Positions 59,929-64,000 of a DNA stretch of 64,000 nt are shown here, one piece after another. Source of the DNA: Cenarchaeum sp. (GTDB lineage: Archaea; Thermoproteota; Nitrososphaeria; Nitrososphaerales; Nitrosopumilaceae); NCBI GenBank assembly GCA_963693095.2, contig OY843768.1:1600001-1664000 (forward strand), written 5' to 3'. Made by a program: the position numbers and the translations under genes. Positions within the stretch are counted from its first letter, which is position 1. Each line of letters begins with the position of its first letter. Under the pieces are notes generated by a model. The model saw nothing but the letters and a program-made list of their open reading frames with translations, searched no databases and was not told the DNA's origin.

Positions 59929-60130
59929 CTTAAAGCGCACCGGTCCGAGGGGCGCATACTTCTTGATGATCTCTCCTGTTTGTAAATTGGGGATTGGCTT
60001 CTTGGAATGAAAAGTGATCTCAAGTGTGCCCTCTTCAATCGGGGTTCCGTTCCCCATCCGTATCTCGTCCTCTAAAATATGAAAGCTCTTGGAACCCCGG
60101 AGAATTTCTGGATGAGGGGTTGCAAAAACA
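59920..60130 (-). pseudogene. Short C-terminal fragment of the ART-like family
   Basis: FIFLEDEIRMGNGTPIEEGTLEITFHSK...PLGPVRFKLY; truncated at GCAAAAACAGA. Confidence 0.75.
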
Positions 60131-60151
60131 GAGGAGGGTTGGGAGTTTTGC

Positions 60152-60409
60152 CTATGCGGGCATCTCTAGCTTTTTTACGTCGAATCCCTTGACGAGGCGC
60201 CACTCCTGTCCCTCCGGCGAAGTCGCCTTGAAGACCATGTCGGCGCGCTCGATCATGCCGATCCTCTCGGCCTCGGCAACGACATCCCACGCCTCCTCTT
60301 CGGTGAGATCTCCCACGAGGTGCGTTATGAACTCAGCCGCCGGCATGGGCCCATAGATACTCAGTCCCCTCGCGATGACTCGCAGTGCGTCTTGCTTTGC
60401 TGGATCCAT
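60152..60409 (-). CDS. ~85-aa repeat-family protein, copy 11
   Basis: Paralogy; 258-bp ORF. Confidence 0.75.
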   Translation of the reverse strand: MDPAKQDALRVIARGLSIYGPMPAAEFITHLVGDLTEEEAWDVVAEAERIGMIERADMVFKATSPEGQEWRLVKGFDVKKLEMPA

Positions 60410-60615
60410 CAGGGTCATCAAGGTTGTGGCATTATTAAAACCTAGTGCGTTAATGTGGGCGCGGTGCCCTGCATTTTGACATATGGGAGGGCGCAGGAGC
60501 GCAGGCCGTGACGAGGGATTCATTGGTGGCCCACACTGCGGCCGTGTGGGCAGGAGTCCCAACAGGAATATCTTGCCATGCAGCCCCGCAGTTTCCCGAT
60601 GTGCGTGACTCTAGC

Positions 60616-61431
60616 TTATGCAAAGCGCACCGGTCCGAGGGGCGCATATCTCTTGATGATCTCTTCTGTTTGTAAATTGGAAATTGGCCTCTTGGAATGA
60701 AAAGTGATCTCAAGTGTGCCCTCTTCGATCGGAGTTCCGTTCTCCATCCGTATCTCGTCCTCTAAAATGCGAAAGGTCTTGGGACCTCGCAGAATTTCCG
60801 GATTGGGGGTTGCAAAAACAGATGTGTATGAGAGAGGGAACGCGTGCTTTCTATACTGTTCGGTGACCTTTATGCTGTATGATATGTCGCGATCCTTTAG
60901 CCAGGGGGATTTTGTGACCGATGTTGCCACAAAATCGTGTCCGGTCGAGCGAAACTCGCGTGTCGCCAACATACTATCAAGCTCTGCAATCTTTCCCACA
61001 TAACGCGAGAGCACTGTCGTGTTGGCCCATGCGTGTCGGAGTGAGATGCCATATGCGACTGCAAGCTCCTCGCAGTCACGGACCATCTTGTCGAGGCCGA
61101 ATCTCTGGTATAGGTTGTTTAGGTTTTCGTTGTGCTTGCCAGTCTTAGATGCAGGCACCATGATCTGGTAATTGTCATCTGCTAGTGACGTCATTTCCGG
61201 GTAGTCCGCATTATCTGATACGTCTTGGCCGAATTTCTTATGAGCGTCATCGCATAGCTGCAGAAACTCTGGAATGCGCCTATCTGGGTCAAGGCCGTGC
61301 TTGAGAACCAGATCCAGGATCACGTCGCGGCGCAGTGTGGCGCACGTGCAGGGAGACGCCTTGATCGCAGCGTCGATGTGGGGATCCAGGGAGGCGATCA
61401 GGCTGCGATCACACGAATTCGGCGAGCTCAT
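60616..61431 (-). CDS. ~275-aa protein, putative ART-like, full copy 3
   Basis: ATG 22 nt after TTTTATA; TVLSRY / FVATS / LEDEIRM. Confidence 0.6.
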   Translation of the reverse strand: MSSPNSCDRSLIASLDPHIDAAIKASPCTCATLRRDVILDLVLKHGLDPDRRIPEFLQLCDDAHKKFGQDVSDNADYPEMTSLADDNYQIMVPASKTGKHNENLNNLYQRFGLDKMVRDCEELAVAYGISLRHAWANTTVLSRYVGKIAELDSMLATREFRSTGHDFVATSVTKSPWLKDRDISYSIKVTEQYRKHAFPLSYTSVFATPNPEILRGPKTFRILEDEIRMENGTPIEEGTLEITFHSKRPISNLQTEEIIKRYAPLGPVRFA

Positions 61432-61479
61432 TGGCAGTGCCAAAAATTGCCGATATAAAATACCTGTGGACTGATCGCA

Positions 61480-61592
61480 GTATGGGGTCAGCACCCCTCT
61501 GCTCATTTGACCAAATGGGCGTGATCCTGCCTGCCTACTTGTCACTGCGGCACCTGTCCGGGCATGAACGGGCAGGGGTGCTGACCTCATAC
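61480..61592. mobile_element. IS66-related MITE, copy 3
   Basis: GTATGGGGTCAGCACC...GGTGCTGACCTCATAC, immediately upstream of the ART-like promoter. Confidence 0.72.
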
Positions 61593-61599
61593 ATCCCGC

Positions 61600-62124
61600 G
61601 GTGCCCGCATGTGCGCGATATTGACGACTGCGCCATGCTCCCCAAAGACCTCGAGGAACCGCGCATAGCGCGCCCCATAGTACAGGCATCGCGCACGCCA
61701 TCGGCGCGCCGTTACAGCCCTACCGCCCGTTGACCAGGAACTTTGGGCGCGTGTCACGCAAAAAGCAGATCGCCGTCGCCCGACCAAACACAAGGCGCCT
61801 CCAGTGCCCTGTGTTGGTCGCAACACGGGGGCCAGGACCTCCGAGCCATGCTCGTCATGCGCGTCTGCGCACTTGCGCAGCCAGTCAAATATCCCTGTGC
61901 CATGTTTCCTGTCGGCGCCATAAGGGGGGGTTGACATGGATCCTCGCATAGTCCCACGTGTGCTGCAGGCCGTCATCTCTAGGCGGCACGAGCTTTCTGT
62001 CGGCCTCCACTATCGAGTGCGGGCCCGAGCACGGATCAAGGCAGATCGTGTCGCCAAACGCACTGCAGACGGCATCGGCGTAGACCTTGGGCGTTCCCCA
62101 GTCCTTCCTTTTCGTGATCGCCAC
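61600..62124 (-). pseudogene. Phage-type N6-adenine DNA methylase (Dam-like) pseudogene
   Basis: DWGTP, LDPCS, DGL..W, VNPP then frameshift to YG, ATNTGHW, AICFL; further frameshifts and an internal TAG. Confidence 0.8.
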
Positions 62125-63089
62125 CCCTGCCCGCAGTCATTCCCGCGGCCTCGTATCCCGGAGTCGGCTCTTGTAGTTTTGAAGGTCAGACAGTGGCACG
62201 GACTCTGGAGCCATTGCGTTAAACCATGACTCAATCTGTCCCGTGTTGGACTAGAGATATTCTTCAAGCTCAAGATGCGCGTCATGGCGCATGTTAATTG
62301 TAGTGAACTGGGTTCCTGTCTTGTTGTCTTTTGCGCAAATAGGCCAGAGGCCGCTGTCGGCTCCCTTCCTCCCGGAGACCGTCGGCGGCGTCCCTGCGCC
62401 GTTCACGCCGGGCGCAGGGCAGGGATGTGCGCCCGCGCTGCGGTGTCAGGCGACTTTGCCCCCGACGAGCCACTCTGCTGCCATTATGAGATACGCCGTG
62501 CGTTATTTTTGGGTTGTCGAGTCACGGCGCCTGACGCGAGACGTACGGCCCCGCCGGGGCGTCACAAGCGCTCGCCCGGAGCCTTGCAGACCCTGACCCC
62601 CGTGTGGCCCTCCATGAGCCGCGGTGCCCGAGACATCGCACCGCGCATGTTCGCGTACAGGGCCTATCCCTCGCGGGATCATTCGTGGACAGGGCCGCTA
62701 ATGCGGGCACGGTGCCCTGCGCGCCCCGCATTTTGGCATGTGGGGGGCGCGGGGTCAGGCTCGTCGATCTCCTTTTCCCCCGGATCGGATTGCCGTGATG
62801 CCTGCCGGTTTGCCATGATCTGCGCCCTGCAGGGCATTTTGCCCCCGCTCCCGCTTTTTGCACGAGGCGCATGGCAATGACGCCACACTTGTCGCATGTG
62901 CCCACGTTGGCCCTCGTGGCGCATGTGCCATCCCAGGGGGCCGACAGCCGAGCTGCCCAATGTCACCTTTGCGGCGTAACGTGCGTTTTGGTATCATTTG
63001 ACAAAAGCTGCTAGCAGGCGCCCATGGCCGGAGATAAAGGCGCGCAGAACGTCCCAAGGAGACAAAACAGTAGAAGGCGGGAGTTTTGC

Positions 63090-63347
63090 CTATGCGGGTA
63101 TCTCTAGCTTCTTTATGTCGAATCCCTCGACGAGGCGCCATTCCTGACCCTCCCGTGTGGTCGTCCCAAAGATCCCCTCGTCGCGCTCGATCATGCCGAT
63201 CCTCTCGGCCTCGGCAACGACATCCCATGCCTCCTCTTCTGTGAGCGTTCCCACAATGTGCGTCACGAGCTCAGTCGCCGGCAGGGGCCCATAGAAACTC
63301 AGTCCCCTCGCGATGACTAGCAGCGCATCTTGCCTTTTCGGATCCAT
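63090..63347 (-). CDS. ~85-aa repeat-family protein, copy 12
   Basis: Paralogy; 258-bp ORF. Confidence 0.75.
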   Translation of the reverse strand: MDPKRQDALLVIARGLSFYGPLPATELVTHIVGTLTEEEAWDVVAEAERIGMIERDEGIFGTTTREGQEWRLVEGFDIKKLEIPA

Positions 63348-63555
63348 CAGGGTCAGCAAGGTTGTGGAGTTATTAAAACCTAGTGCGTTAATGTGGGCAC
63401 GATGCCCTGCATTTTGACACATGGCAAGGCGCAGGAGCACACAGGCCACGGCGAGGGATTCATTGGTGATCCACACTGCGGCCGTGCGGGCAGGAACCCC
63501 AACAGGAATATCGCGCCATGCAGCCCTGCAGCTCCCCGATGTGCGTGACTCTAGC

Positions 63556-63760
63556 TTATGCAAAGCGCACCGGTCCGAGGGGCGCATACCTCTTGATGAT
63601 CTCTCCGGTTTGTAAATTGGGGATTGGCTTCTTGGAATGAAAAGTGATCTCAAGTGTGCCCTCTTCAATCGGAGTTCCGTTCTCCATCCGTATCTCGTCC
63701 TCTAAAATACGAAAGCTCTTGGGACCCCGGAGAATTTCCGGATGGGGGTTGCAAAAACAG
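63556..63760 (-). pseudogene. Short C-terminal fragment of the ART-like family
   Basis: Same truncation junction as 59920-60130. Confidence 0.75.
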
Positions 63761-63780
63761 AGGGGGGTTGGGAGTTTTGC

Positions 63781-64000
63781 CTATGCGGGCAGCTCTAGCT
63801 TTTTCATGTCAAACCCCTCGACGAGGCGCCATTCCCGCGCCTCCCGCGTGGGCGACTCAAAGACCATGGCGGCGCGCTCGATCATGCCAATCCTCTCGGC
63901 CTCGGCAAGCACATCCCACGCCTCCTCTTCTGTGAGCTTTCCCACGATGTGCGTTATGAGATCAGCCGCCGGCAGCGGACCATAGATCTTCAGCCCCCTC
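63781..64000 (-). CDS. ~85-aa repeat-family protein, copy 13 (5' end beyond the window)
   Basis: EAWDVLAEAERIGMIER...EWRLVEGFDMKKLELPA. Confidence 0.75.
   Translation of the reverse strand, partial: RGLKIYGPLPAADLITHIVGKLTEEEAWDVLAEAERIGMIERAAMVFESPTREAREWRLVEGFDMKKLELPA

Noticed and set aside
62200-63050. ORFs 62275-62880 and overlapping frames
   Set aside because: Largely a mosaic of intergenic modules also seen near 38800 and 40700-40920; no coherent protein signal.
37000-64000. Diversity-generating retroelement or integron explaining the paralog arrays
   Set aside because: No reverse transcriptase or tyrosine integrase in the window; differences are not visibly adenine-specific and no attC-like sites were recognised.

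Overview
GC-rich archaeal DNA, most likely from an ammonia-oxidising Nitrososphaerota (Nitrosopumilaceae). Evidence: a CdvB/ESCRT-III gene, a GPN-loop GTPase, conserved thaumarchaeal small proteins, and TATA boxes about 24 nt upstream of start codons. The TPR expansions, giant surface protein and IS decay suggest a host-associated (e.g. sponge) lineage; this is inference. Contents: (1) a dndB-C-D-E-A DNA phosphorothioation operon next to a divergent, AT-rich DUF262-DUF1524 (GmrSD/SspE-like) gene; (2) TPR/small-ORF modules; (3) housekeeping genes (cysC, cysQ, cdvB, queE, folE, queC, thrB, GPN GTPase, SDR); (4) the most striking feature, six DUF3800-family genes (one a pseudogene) in two loci, interleaved with about 15 copies of an ~78-nt two-hairpin element that shows covariation, UNCG loops and usually its own TATA box, always on the strand opposite the genes - a candidate protein + ncRNA system; (5) an amplified island with 13 copies of an ~85-aa protein and 7 full or partial copies of an ~275-aa protein with an R / F-V-[AS]-T-S / E-D-E ADP-ribosyltransferase-like signature, flanking a 3489-aa surface protein; (6) IS630 and IS66 elements, MITEs and two Dam-like methylase pseudogenes. 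All family calls come from motif recognition by eye; no database search was run.
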